Shown: piece after piece, positions 48,716 through 57,777 of the stretch | How the letters are laid out: each line of letters begins with the position of its first letter | Numbering within the stretch: position 1 is the stretch's first letter | Assembly (NCBI GenBank): GCA_963729605.1 | Contig: CAVSNY010000007.1 | Coordinates: forward strand, 160,001-224,000 | DNA from: an uncultured Gammaproteobacteria bacterium | Lineage (GTDB): Bacteria > Pseudomonadota > Gammaproteobacteria > DRLM01 | Direction: 5' to 3' | Length of the DNA stretch: 64,000 nucleotides | The notes under the pieces: generated by a model | Seen by the model: the letters and a program-made list of their open reading frames with translations, nothing else | What the model was told of the DNA's origin: nothing | Database searches by the model: none | Position numbers and translations under genes: made by a program

Positions 48716-50245
48716 TCAGTCCCGCAAGCGCGCGAGGACGATGCCGTTTTTCTGATAGAGCACCTCGATGCCGGCGAGTTCTGAAAGGTAGATCGATTTG
48801 GTGAGGATCACATCGCCGGCCCGCGGCGCGCGTTTTTCCACCAGCCGTTGCGCGTAGAAATTGAAACTTGGCGTATTGAGCCGCCACATCACCACGGGGT
48901 AGTCGCGGGCCTTGGCCAGCGCCGCCGCCTCTTTGATGGGCGCCTGCTGGATGGCCGCCGCCAGCGGCATGATGAAGTATGAAAACGCGAACACCGTGAT
49001 CACGCCGCTGGCCAATAATTGGGATTGGGCACTGTGGCGGGTCTCCCACATAAAGTAAAGCGTCAGCCCGGCGGCGGCGGCGAAAAAGAGTCGGTAAGCG
49101 ACGCTGAAATAATCGGCGTGGTCTCGCAGCATCACCGCCGCGTGGGCGTCTTGGATATGCGGCAATACGGCGGCGATGACTTCCGGCAGCAACAGGAGAA
49201 ACACGAATAACAGCAGCGGCGGCAAGAACAGCCAGCCGCGCCCCGGCAGCTGGTTAATATTCATTGCCATGAGGATGTACAGGGCGGCGTAGCCGTACAC
49301 CACGTAATGCGGCAGCTTGGTGCCGGACAACGAGAACAGCACGAACACCAGCGCGAACCACAGGAGCAGGTAGCGGCTCAAGTCGTCGCGCCACAGCCGC
49401 GTGCCCTGCGCCAGGGTCTGGATGAGCACCGCGGTGTAGGGCAGCAGGCCGATCAGCACCACCGGCACGTAATAAAACAGCGAACCGCCGTGGCCCTCCA
49501 TGGCGCCTTGAAAACGCCCGACGTTGTGTTTGAAGAAAAAGCCGGCGATGAAGGCGTCGCCTTCCTTGAGGTATTGCAGCACGTACCAGGGCAGCGCCAC
49601 CGCCAGAAACAGCGCGATACCCACCGGATCGAACGCCGCCCGCAGCCAGGCCTTGAATTCGCCGCGGCTCAAATAAAACAACAGGGTCACCGCGCCGGGA
49701 ATGACCACCGCCACCGGCCCCTTGGTGAGAAACCCCAGACCCATCAGCACGAAACAGGCGTACAAATAACCGCGTTTTTGGCCGTGATGGTACAAATAGG
49801 CCGCGAGCATGGCCGAGGTGATGAACAGATTCAGGGTGGCGTCGGCGGTGGCGGCCTTGGCGATGATGGGGATTTCCAGCGAGGTGGCCATGGCGATGGC
49901 GGCGATCAGGGCGCAGCGTTCGTCGCGGACCGCGCGCACGAAGCCGTATACCACCAGCACCCATAACGTGGCCGCCAGCGCCGAGGGCAGGCGCAGGGCG
50001 AATTCGTTCCAGCCGAAGGCGAGGACGCTCGCCGCCTGCAGCCAATGGATGAAGGCGGGTTTGTCGAAGCGCGGCTCGCCGTTGAGATAGGGCGAGATGA
50101 AGTCGCCGCGCAGAAACATCTCGCGGGTCGCTTCGCTGAAGGCGCCTTCATCCAGATCGAACAAAGGCACCGCGTGGATGTTCAGAAAAAACCCCAGGCC
50201 GATGGCCAGCAGCAGGAGTCGGAGTGAGGTATGGCTTGAAATCAT
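48716..50245 (-). CDS. ArnT-like GT-C glycosyltransferase
   Basis: LFDLDEGAF, PRFDKP, ALRLPSALA, LTKGPVA, ALPWY and TKLPHY. Confidence 0.92.
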   Translation of the reverse strand: MISSHTSLRLLLLAIGLGFFLNIHAVPLFDLDEGAFSEATREMFLRGDFISPYLNGEPRFDKPAFIHWLQAASVLAFGWNEFALRLPSALAATLWVLVVYGFVRAVRDERCALIAAIAMATSLEIPIIAKAATADATLNLFITSAMLAAYLYHHGQKRGYLYACFVLMGLGFLTKGPVAVVIPGAVTLLFYLSRGEFKAWLRAAFDPVGIALFLAVALPWYVLQYLKEGDAFIAGFFFKHNVGRFQGAMEGHGGSLFYYVPVVLIGLLPYTAVLIQTLAQGTRLWRDDLSRYLLLWFALVFVLFSLSGTKLPHYVVYGYAALYILMAMNINQLPGRGWLFLPPLLLFVFLLLLPEVIAAVLPHIQDAHAAVMLRDHADYFSVAYRLFFAAAAGLTLYFMWETRHSAQSQLLASGVITVFAFSYFIMPLAAAIQQAPIKEAAALAKARDYPVVMWRLNTPSFNFYAQRLVEKRAPRAGDVILTKSIYLSELAGIEVLYQKNGIVLARLRD

Positions 50246-50505
50246 GTGTGATAACGCGCCCGCTCCCGGAGCGGCCGGGGGCGGACATTATAGAATGTAG
50301 TCGTGCCCGCACGTATAGCCCGCACCCGCGTTTTTTCGCCGCCGCTTCGCGCCTGTGTTATCCTCCGGATACCCTGGTGGGCTACAGGGAATGGGAAGAA
50401 TGGTCTCTATGTCCACCATCGATACGCAGCCCGCGCGGTCTTGCGGTGAACGTCTGGTGGAGAGTGTATTCCAAGCCTGATACGGCTATCCGCCCGGATT
50501 GAGAT

Positions 50506-51645
50506 ATGACAGCGCCGACATTGAGCAAAGATATTCACCAAGAGAACCGCCTGTTGCGGCGGCGTTTGGAGGATTATCTCGCCCAGGCCCATAAGAACGA
50601 GGCCAAGCTGCGGCGTTTCCAGTCGCACGAATTGCGCCTGATCGGCCTCAACTCCCTTTTCGAATTGATTCAAGAGATACTCTATCCCGACCCGTCGGTG
50701 TTCAACTGGGACGTGGTCACCCTGCTGCTGTTCGATCCCGAATACGAATTGCGCCGCATCCTCGAAGAGGAAGGGGTGAAGGTGCGCGACCACGCGGGCC
50801 TGATGTTCGCCGCCGACTGCGACGACCTCAATGCCTTGTTCCCGAGTTCCTTGTTTCCCACCCTCGGCGCGTACAAGCCCAAACAACACGGTCCCCTGTT
50901 CGCCGCGACCCGCCGTTCGCCCAATAGCATCGCCCTGTTGCCCCTGGTGCGGCACGGGCGGGTGATCGGCAGTCTCAACATCGGCAGTTACAACGTCGAA
51001 CGTTTCGTCAAAGGCGTGCGCACCGATTTCATGGAACACCTGGCGGCGGTGGTGGCGATTTGTATTGAAAACGCCAGCAACCTTGAACGCCTCAAGCGGC
51101 AGGGTCTGACCGATACCCTCACCGCCATCAATAACCGGCGTTTCTTCGACCAGCGGCTCAAGGAGGAATTGGAACGTTCCTCGCGCGAAGGCATGCCGCT
51201 CACCTGCCTGCTGCTCGACGTCGATCATTTCAAAAAGGTCAACGACAGTTACGGCCATCAAACCGGCGATCACGTCCTGCGTGAAGTGGCGGCGCTGATC
51301 CGCGCCCAGCTGCGCGGCAGCGATGTGTTGTCGCGTTATGGCGGCGAGGAATTCGCCGCGCTGCTGTCGCGCAGTGCCGGCAACGAGGCGGCGGAGGTGG
51401 CCGAGCGGATCCGCCAAAGCATCGCCGAACATCAATTTCTCAATACCGCCGGCGAGGCGTTTCAGGTCACGATCTCGATCGGGCTCGCCACCTATCATCC
51501 GGAAAAAACACCCGGCGCCGCCAAATTGGCGGGCGACGTGCTGGTGGGCCATGCCGATCGTGCGCTTTACGAGGCGAAATCCGGCGGGCGCAACAAAGTG
51601 GTGAGCGCCGGCGCCATCGAGTTAGGCAAGGATACGTGGTTTTAA
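50506..51645 (+). CDS. Diguanylate cyclase with N-terminal DUF484/GAF-like domain
   Basis: TDTLTAINNRR, DVDHFKKVNDSYGH, RGSD I-site, RYGGEEF and ADRALYEAK. Confidence 0.93.
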   Translation: MTAPTLSKDIHQENRLLRRRLEDYLAQAHKNEAKLRRFQSHELRLIGLNSLFELIQEILYPDPSVFNWDVVTLLLFDPEYELRRILEEEGVKVRDHAGLMFAADCDDLNALFPSSLFPTLGAYKPKQHGPLFAATRRSPNSIALLPLVRHGRVIGSLNIGSYNVERFVKGVRTDFMEHLAAVVAICIENASNLERLKRQGLTDTLTAINNRRFFDQRLKEELERSSREGMPLTCLLLDVDHFKKVNDSYGHQTGDHVLREVAALIRAQLRGSDVLSRYGGEEFAALLSRSAGNEAAEVAERIRQSIAEHQFLNTAGEAFQVTISIGLATYHPEKTPGAAKLAGDVLVGHADRALYEAKSGGRNKVVSAGAIELGKDTWF

Positions 51646-51736
51646 GCGGGATTTGACCAAAATTGCCGTTTTACGGTAGCTCGGTTGTGCGTCCCTGCGC
51701 CGTGAAGCCGAAGCGTGTTTTTGATTAACGGAATCG

Positions 51737-52105
51737 TTAACAGAATTCGTCCAGATATTTTCTCAGCGCCATGAACATCAGCACATTGTCTTCCAAGCGT
51801 TTGGGGTCGAACTCGATGCCAAGGCGGTGCGTGTCGCCGCCGGTGAGCGCGCCGTCCTGATCGCCGCTTTGGCACCAGCAGACGCGGGCGCTGAGCACGA
51901 TTTCAAAATCACGCGAGACGAACAGGATTTTTACCGGTGTGCCGCTGCTGACGGCCTCCGCGAACCAGATGCCGATGCCGGAGATCGAGGCATCGTGGAC
52001 ATTATTGATGGGGTGCCATTTATCATGGACGTGCAGGCGAAAAAACGCTTCATTATTCGGTATGCGGATAATACGCCGCTCGTGTCGGCGCCGATCTTGC
52101 GACAT
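51737..52105 (-). CDS. PilZ domain protein
   Basis: RRHER (RxxxR), DASISG (DxSxxG) and LGIEF. Confidence 0.85.
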   Translation of the reverse strand: MSQDRRRHERRIIRIPNNEAFFRLHVHDKWHPINNVHDASISGIGIWFAEAVSSGTPVKILFVSRDFEIVLSARVCWCQSGDQDGALTGGDTHRLGIEFDPKRLEDNVLMFMALRKYLDEFC

Positions 52106-52186
52106 AAGACCTCCCTCGGGGAAGTGGACCCGAGGTGGTTAACGGCCGGCCGGGGAGATTTATTACCGCGTTAAAATGCCATGATC

Positions 52187-52558
52187 TTATGTTTCGCCGA
52201 ACGGATCGATGAATTCCCGCAAGGCCAGAAACAGCATCGAGCTGTTTTTTATATCGCGGTGATTGAAGCGCACGCCCAGCCGGTATTGGCTGTCGTTGTC
52301 CTCATATTCGTCGATGAGGCTTTCGCACCACACCACCGTGCCTTGTACCCGTATCTGCCAGTCGTCCTGATCCAGGCCCAGAACTACCGGCGTGGCGGGC
52401 GGCAAGGGTAAGGGCAATACGATGCCCGCGCCGGAGACCGACACATTGTTGACCTTGTTGAAGGGATATAAAGCCTCATCCGACTCGATGAAAAATGAGG
52501 AATTACCTTCCAACTCCAATAATGTCTTACGTTCGTGTTCGCGACTTTCATGCAGCAT
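52187..52558 (-). CDS. PilZ domain protein (tandem paralog)
   Basis: REHER, NVSVSG, GTVVWC and LGVRF; shares a C-terminal F.ALR...D.F motif with its neighbour. Confidence 0.85.
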   Translation of the reverse strand: MLHESREHERKTLLELEGNSSFFIESDEALYPFNKVNNVSVSGAGIVLPLPLPPATPVVLGLDQDDWQIRVQGTVVWCESLIDEYEDNDSQYRLGVRFNHRDIKNSSMLFLALREFIDPFGET

Positions 52559-52699
52559 GGCGAGCTTCTCCAGCGGGCGGTACCGAATTAATTATAGCCG
52601 CTCGTTCCGCGAGGTGAAGTCGAATGCATTCCCGCGCCGGAATCGGTCCAGATGTCAGAGGCGGCGCCGGTTTAATGGCCGCGATCGCGGCGATGATTA

Positions 52700-52850
52700 G
52701 GGAAGCTCTGATTTATTCAGAGGTTCCCGCGGCACACGGATGCGCCGCCATTTTCCATGGTTAACACCATTGAAAATGAAGGGGAGCGAAAATCACATTT
52801 TCCCTCCCCGTGCCCTGAAAATTCCAGTATGGAATTATTCAAAGCTTCCT
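52700..52850. mobile_element. 151-bp MITE, copy 1
   Basis: TA|GGGAAGCTCTGA...TCAAAGCTTCCT|TA; inverted homologue at 62896-63046. Confidence 0.88.
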
Positions 52851-53100
52851 TAGTAAATCGTTCGCCGTTCAAGGCGCCGCAGCCGGCGGCGGTGAAACCG
52901 GTTCGATCCTCTCGAGCCGCGTTCGTAAATGTCACCGCCCGCGGCGCTCACCCACGCTCGCTCAATAGAGTGAGATGATGCACTTTGGGGCGCGCTCCCG
53001 TTCAGAAAGCCGCTGTGCGGCCGATAAATTCGGTAGTCAGAATCATATTTTCCCGGGGTATGGCGCGATCGCGCACCGGCCTGCGGGTGAGGATGCCGAA

Positions 53101-54042
53101 GTGGGATTGAAAAGCTGGCTGATACGACGCCTGACCCGGTGGTTGGCCAAGGAACGCCCGCTCGGCGACATGCCGTTGTGCAACTTCGAGCACTTGTCCT
53201 TGGAAATACGACCCGGCGATGTCTTGCTGGTGGAGGGCCGCAGCCGGGTCAGCGACATCATCAAGAACATCACGCAAACCGCCTGGACCCATTCCGCCCT
53301 TTACATCGGCCGTCTGCGTGATATCGAAGATCCCAGCCTGCGCGCGCTGATCCACAAATTTTATGGCGGCGATGAAGACCAGCAATTGATCATCGAGGCC
53401 CTGCTCGGCCAAGGGACCCTGGTGGTGCCGCTCGCCAAATATCGCGGCGAACATTTGCGGGTCTGCCGACCGCGGGGACTGTCGCGGCAAGACGCCCAGC
53501 GCATCATCGAATATTGCGCCCATCATTTGGGCACCGATTACGATCTCCGCCAATTGGTCGATCTCGCGCGCTTCATGGTGCCTTATACCGTGTTGCCGAG
53601 GCGCTGGCGTTCCACCTTGTTCGAACACAATGCCGGCATGCCGACCCGCACCGTGTGTTCGTCGATGATCGCCGCCGCCTTCACCGGCGTGCATTATCCC
53701 ATCCTGCCGGTCATACAGCGCGGTGTTGATGGTAAGCTGCAACTCTATAAACGCAATACGCGTTTGTTCACTCCGCGAGATTTCGATTATTCACCTTACT
53801 TCGACATCATCAAGTATCCGATCTTGGGCGTGGATGATCTGGCGTTGTACCGCCAGTTGCCGTGGAATCAGGACGGGGTGATCTGCAACGACGAAAACGA
53901 TTGTTTTATTCCAGAACATGGCCGGGTGATTTCACCCGTGGCGCCGGTCGCCGCGGAACCCGCGACTGACGGCGCCGAGTCGGCCGTAGCCCGGCCCAAG
54001 GGCAAGGTGATCTTTTTCGGCAAGAAGAAAGGCGTGTCATGA
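53101..54042 (+). CDS. Permuted papain-like NlpC/P60 cysteine hydrolase (YiiX/YebB-like)
   Basis: RPGDVLLVEG, WTHSALYIG (His first), IIEA, LGTDYD, VCSSMIA (Cys second) and TPRDFD. Confidence 0.85.
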   Translation: MGLKSWLIRRLTRWLAKERPLGDMPLCNFEHLSLEIRPGDVLLVEGRSRVSDIIKNITQTAWTHSALYIGRLRDIEDPSLRALIHKFYGGDEDQQLIIEALLGQGTLVVPLAKYRGEHLRVCRPRGLSRQDAQRIIEYCAHHLGTDYDLRQLVDLARFMVPYTVLPRRWRSTLFEHNAGMPTRTVCSSMIAAAFTGVHYPILPVIQRGVDGKLQLYKRNTRLFTPRDFDYSPYFDIIKYPILGVDDLALYRQLPWNQDGVICNDENDCFIPEHGRVISPVAPVAAEPATDGAESAVARPKGKVIFFGKKKGVS

Positions 54043-56477
54043 ATCCATGGATTTGGTCATTGCTGTTTGTCGTGGTTCTGGGTGCCTTGGCGTATTGGCG
54101 TGTATCGCTCCGCATCGCCGCGGCGCTGACCGCCGGCTTCGCTTTTCTGTCCACCGTGATGCTCAATCCGGGATTTTTTCCGCTGCTGCTGAGTTGGCTG
54201 GCGGCGGCGATATTGCTGACGCTGACGATTGCGCCGCTGCGGCGGACCTTGATCAGCGATCGCGTCCTGCCGGTGTTGCGGCGCGCCTTGCCCGCCATGT
54301 CGCAGACCGAGCGCGACGCGCTGGAGGCGGGCACGGTGTGGTGGGACGCGGAGTTGTTCAGCGGCCGTCCCGACTGGAATAAATTGCTCGCCATTCCGGT
54401 GCCGCGCCTGAGCAAGGAGGAACAGGATTTTCTCGACGGCCCGGTGGAGCAACTCTGTCGCATGCTGGACGACTGGAAGATCACCCAGGAAGACTTCGAT
54501 CTGCCGCCCGCGGTGTGGGCCTATCTCAAGGCGCAGGGCTTCTTCGGCATGATCATCCCCAAACGTTACGGCGGCCTGGAATTCTCGGCGCTCGGCCACT
54601 CGGCGGTGGTGATGAAAATTTCCACCCGCAGCACCACCGCGGCGGTGACGGTGATGGTGCCCAACTCGCTCGGCCCCGCCGAGTTGCTGCTGCATTACGG
54701 CACCGAGGCGCAAAAAAATCATTATCTGCCGCGGCTGGCTCGCGGCGAAGACGTGCCGTGTTTCGCCTTGACCGGTCCCGAGGCCGGTTCCGACGCCAGC
54801 TCGATACCCGATACCGGCGTGGTGTGCCGCGCGTTGTTCGAAGGTAAAGAGACCCTAGGCATCCGCCTCAACTGGGACAAGCGCTACATCACCCTCGGCC
54901 CGGTGGCGACGGTGCTGGGTCTCGCCTTCAAGCTGTATGACCCCGATCGTTTATTGGGTCAACAAGCGGCGCTCGGCATCACCGTGGCGTTGATTCCCAC
55001 CGACACGCCGGGCATCGACATCGGCAATCGCCATTTTCCGCTCAACATCCCTTTTCAGAACGGCCCCAACCGCGGTCACGACGTCTTCATTCCCATGGAT
55101 TGGGTGATCGGCGGCGAGGCGCGGGTCGGCCAGGGTTGGCGGATGCTGATGGAAAGCCTGGCGGCGGGCCGCTCGATCTCCCTGCCGGCGCTCAGCACCG
55201 GCGCGGGCAAGCTGGCGAGCCGCGCCACCGGCGCCTATGCCCGCATCCGTAAGCAATTTAAAACCCCCATCGGCCGTTTTGAAGGGGTCGAGGAGGCGCT
55301 GGCGCGCATGGCGGGCTATACCTATATGATGGACGCGGCGCGCACCATGACCGCCGGCGCGGTGGATTTGGGGGAAAAGCCCTCGGTGATCTCGGCCATC
55401 GTCAAATACCAGCTCACCGAACGCATGCGCCAGATCGTCAACGACGCCATGGACGTGCAGGGCGGCAGCGCCATCTGCATGGGTCCGCGCAATTTCATGG
55501 GCCGCGTCTATCAAGCGATTCCCATCAGCATCACCGTGGAGGGCGCCAATATTCTCACCCGCAGTCTCATAATATTTGGTCAGGGCGCGGTACGCTGTCA
55601 TCCTTACGTGCTGAAAGAAATGCGGGCGGTGGCGGAAAAAGACCCGGCCGCGGCCTCGCAGCATTTCGATGCCGCCTTGTTCGGCCACCTCGGTTTCACC
55701 CTCGGCAATGGCGCGCGCGCGTTGTGGTTGGGGCTGACCGGTGCCCGTTGGGCCAGCGCGCCGGTGAACGGGCCGACCCGCCGTTATTATCAACAGCTCA
55801 CCCGCATGAGCGCCGCCTTCGCCCTGGCCGCCGACCTGGCCATGCTCAGTCTGGGCGGCGCGCTCAAGCGCAAGGAAAAACTCTCGGGCCGCTTCGCCGA
55901 TGTGTTGAGCCAGTTGTATCTGGCCTCGGCGGTACTCAAACGTTTTGAAGATCAGGAGCGCCCCGCGGCCGATCTGCCTCTGGTGCGCTGGGCCTGCGAA
56001 GATGCCTTGCAACAATTGCAAACCGCGCTGGACGGTGTTTTGAAAAATTTGCCACAGCGGCCGCTGGCCTGGCTGTTGCGCGCGCTGATCTTTCCGCTCG
56101 GCAAACCGTATTCGGCGCCGGACGACCAACTCGGTCATCACGTAGCGAAAATGCTGCTTACGCCGTCGCCGGCGCGCGACCGGCTCACCGCCGGCATGTT
56201 CGTGCCCACCGAGGCGGAGCAGGCCTTGGGCCGTTTGGAATTGGCTTTGCATGCGGTGGAGCGTGCCGACGCGATTGAAAAAACCCTGGCCCAGGCCGTC
56301 AAGGGCGGGCGCTTGCCCCAGGCGCCTTTGCTGGAGTTGGTCGAACTCGCCGTGGCGCGCGGGGTCATTGATCAACATGACGCCGAGCGTGTGCGCACCG
56401 CCGAGCGATTGCGGCGTGAGGTGATCACCGTCGATGAATTTTCCAAAGACTATTTGAGGAGGCGCTCAGATGAGTGA
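54039..56477 (+). CDS. fadE: Acyl-CoA dehydrogenase
   Basis: N-terminal TMs, MSQTERDALEAG, VMVPNSLGP, CFALTGPEAGSDA, ITVEGANILTR and a C-terminal extension. Confidence 0.94.
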   Translation: MNPWIWSLLFVVVLGALAYWRVSLRIAAALTAGFAFLSTVMLNPGFFPLLLSWLAAAILLTLTIAPLRRTLISDRVLPVLRRALPAMSQTERDALEAGTVWWDAELFSGRPDWNKLLAIPVPRLSKEEQDFLDGPVEQLCRMLDDWKITQEDFDLPPAVWAYLKAQGFFGMIIPKRYGGLEFSALGHSAVVMKISTRSTTAAVTVMVPNSLGPAELLLHYGTEAQKNHYLPRLARGEDVPCFALTGPEAGSDASSIPDTGVVCRALFEGKETLGIRLNWDKRYITLGPVATVLGLAFKLYDPDRLLGQQAALGITVALIPTDTPGIDIGNRHFPLNIPFQNGPNRGHDVFIPMDWVIGGEARVGQGWRMLMESLAAGRSISLPALSTGAGKLASRATGAYARIRKQFKTPIGRFEGVEEALARMAGYTYMMDAARTMTAGAVDLGEKPSVISAIVKYQLTERMRQIVNDAMDVQGGSAICMGPRNFMGRVYQAIPISITVEGANILTRSLIIFGQGAVRCHPYVLKEMRAVAEKDPAAASQHFDAALFGHLGFTLGNGARALWLGLTGARWASAPVNGPTRRYYQQLTRMSAAFALAADLAMLSLGGALKRKEKLSGRFADVLSQLYLASAVLKRFEDQERPAADLPLVRWACEDALQQLQTALDGVLKNLPQRPLAWLLRALIFPLGKPYSAPDDQLGHHVAKMLLTPSPARDRLTAGMFVPTEAEQALGRLELALHAVERADAIEKTLAQAVKGGRLPQAPLLELVELAVARGVIDQHDAERVRTAERLRREVITVDEFSKDYLRRRSDE

Positions 56478-57774
56478 TGGCGCGATGAATCACGGGCGGC
56501 CGGTCTATGTCGTCGACGGCGCACGCACCCCGCAATTGAAGGCCAAAGGCGCGCCGGGACCGTTCAGCGCCTCCGACCTGGCGGTGGGCGCCGGCCGGCC
56601 CCTGTTGCTACGCCAGCCCTTCGAACCCGCCGCCTTCGATCAAGTGATACTCGGCTGCGTGATGCCGGGTCCCGACGAGGCCAACATCGCGCGGCTGGTG
56701 GCGTTGCGGCTGGGCTGCGATCAGCGCACGCCGGCCTGGACCGTGCAGCGCAATTGCGCCTCGGGCATGCAGGCCCTCGACAACGCCTTTCACGACATCG
56801 CCGCCGGCCGTTCCGATCTGGTGTTGGCGGGTGGCGTCGAATCCATGAGCCGCGCGCCGGTGTTGCTGAGCGACGCGATGGTGGTGTGGTTGGCGCGATG
56901 GGGCGCGGCGCGCAATCTCGGCGCGCGCGCCAAGGCGCTTACCCAATTGCGGCCCGCCCATCTCGCGCCGGTGATCGGCCTGCTGCGCGGCCTCACCGAT
57001 CCGCTGGTGGGTTTGAACATGGGCCAGACCGCCGAGAATCTCGCCTACCGTTTCAAGATCAGCCGCGAGGACATGGACGCCTTCGCCTTGGAGAGCCATC
57101 GCCGGCTCGCCGCCGCGCAAGACGAAGGACGGCTCGGCGAAATCGAATTGCTGTACGACGGCGCCGGCAAAGTCTACGGCGAGGACGACGGCCTGCGCCG
57201 CGACGGCGACATGACCAAGCTCGCCAAATTGAAGCCGGTGTTCGACAAAAAATTCGGCATGGTCACCGCCGGCAACAGCGCGCAGATCACCGATGGCGCG
57301 GCGCTGTTGATCCTCGCCAGCGAAGCCGCGGTGAAAAAACACCGGCTGTCGGTGTTGGGTCGCATCGTCGACAGCCAGTGGGCCGGCGTCGATCCGGCGC
57401 AGATGGGGCTCGGCCCCGCCAACGCCATCGCGCCGCTGTTGCAACGCGGCAAGTTCGGCGTGAACGATATCGATTATTGGGAGATCAACGAAGCCTTCGC
57501 CGCGCAAGTGCTGGCGGTGCTTGCCGCGTTGAAGGACGAAACCTATAGCCGGGTCGAACTCGGCTGGGATCACGCGGTGGGCGAGATTCCCCGCGAACGT
57601 CTCAACATCGACGGCGGCGGCATCAGTCTCGGTCATCCGGTGGGCGCCAGCGGCGCGCGCATCGTGCTGCACTTGTTACACGTGTTGCAACAGCGCGGCG
57701 GCCGCCGCGGCATCGCCAGTTTGTGCATCGGCGGCGGCCAGGGCGGCGCCATGTTGCTGGAAAGCGAGGGTTGA
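56470..57774 (+). CDS. fadI: 3-ketoacyl-CoA thiolase
   Basis: VQRNCASG, AGGVESMS, TAGNS, EINEAFA, GHPVGASG and LCIGGGQG. Confidence 0.9.
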   Translation: MSDGAMNHGRPVYVVDGARTPQLKAKGAPGPFSASDLAVGAGRPLLLRQPFEPAAFDQVILGCVMPGPDEANIARLVALRLGCDQRTPAWTVQRNCASGMQALDNAFHDIAAGRSDLVLAGGVESMSRAPVLLSDAMVVWLARWGAARNLGARAKALTQLRPAHLAPVIGLLRGLTDPLVGLNMGQTAENLAYRFKISREDMDAFALESHRRLAAAQDEGRLGEIELLYDGAGKVYGEDDGLRRDGDMTKLAKLKPVFDKKFGMVTAGNSAQITDGAALLILASEAAVKKHRLSVLGRIVDSQWAGVDPAQMGLGPANAIAPLLQRGKFGVNDIDYWEINEAFAAQVLAVLAALKDETYSRVELGWDHAVGEIPRERLNIDGGGISLGHPVGASGARIVLHLLHVLQQRGGRRGIASLCIGGGQGGAMLLESEG

Positions 57775-57777
57775 ACC

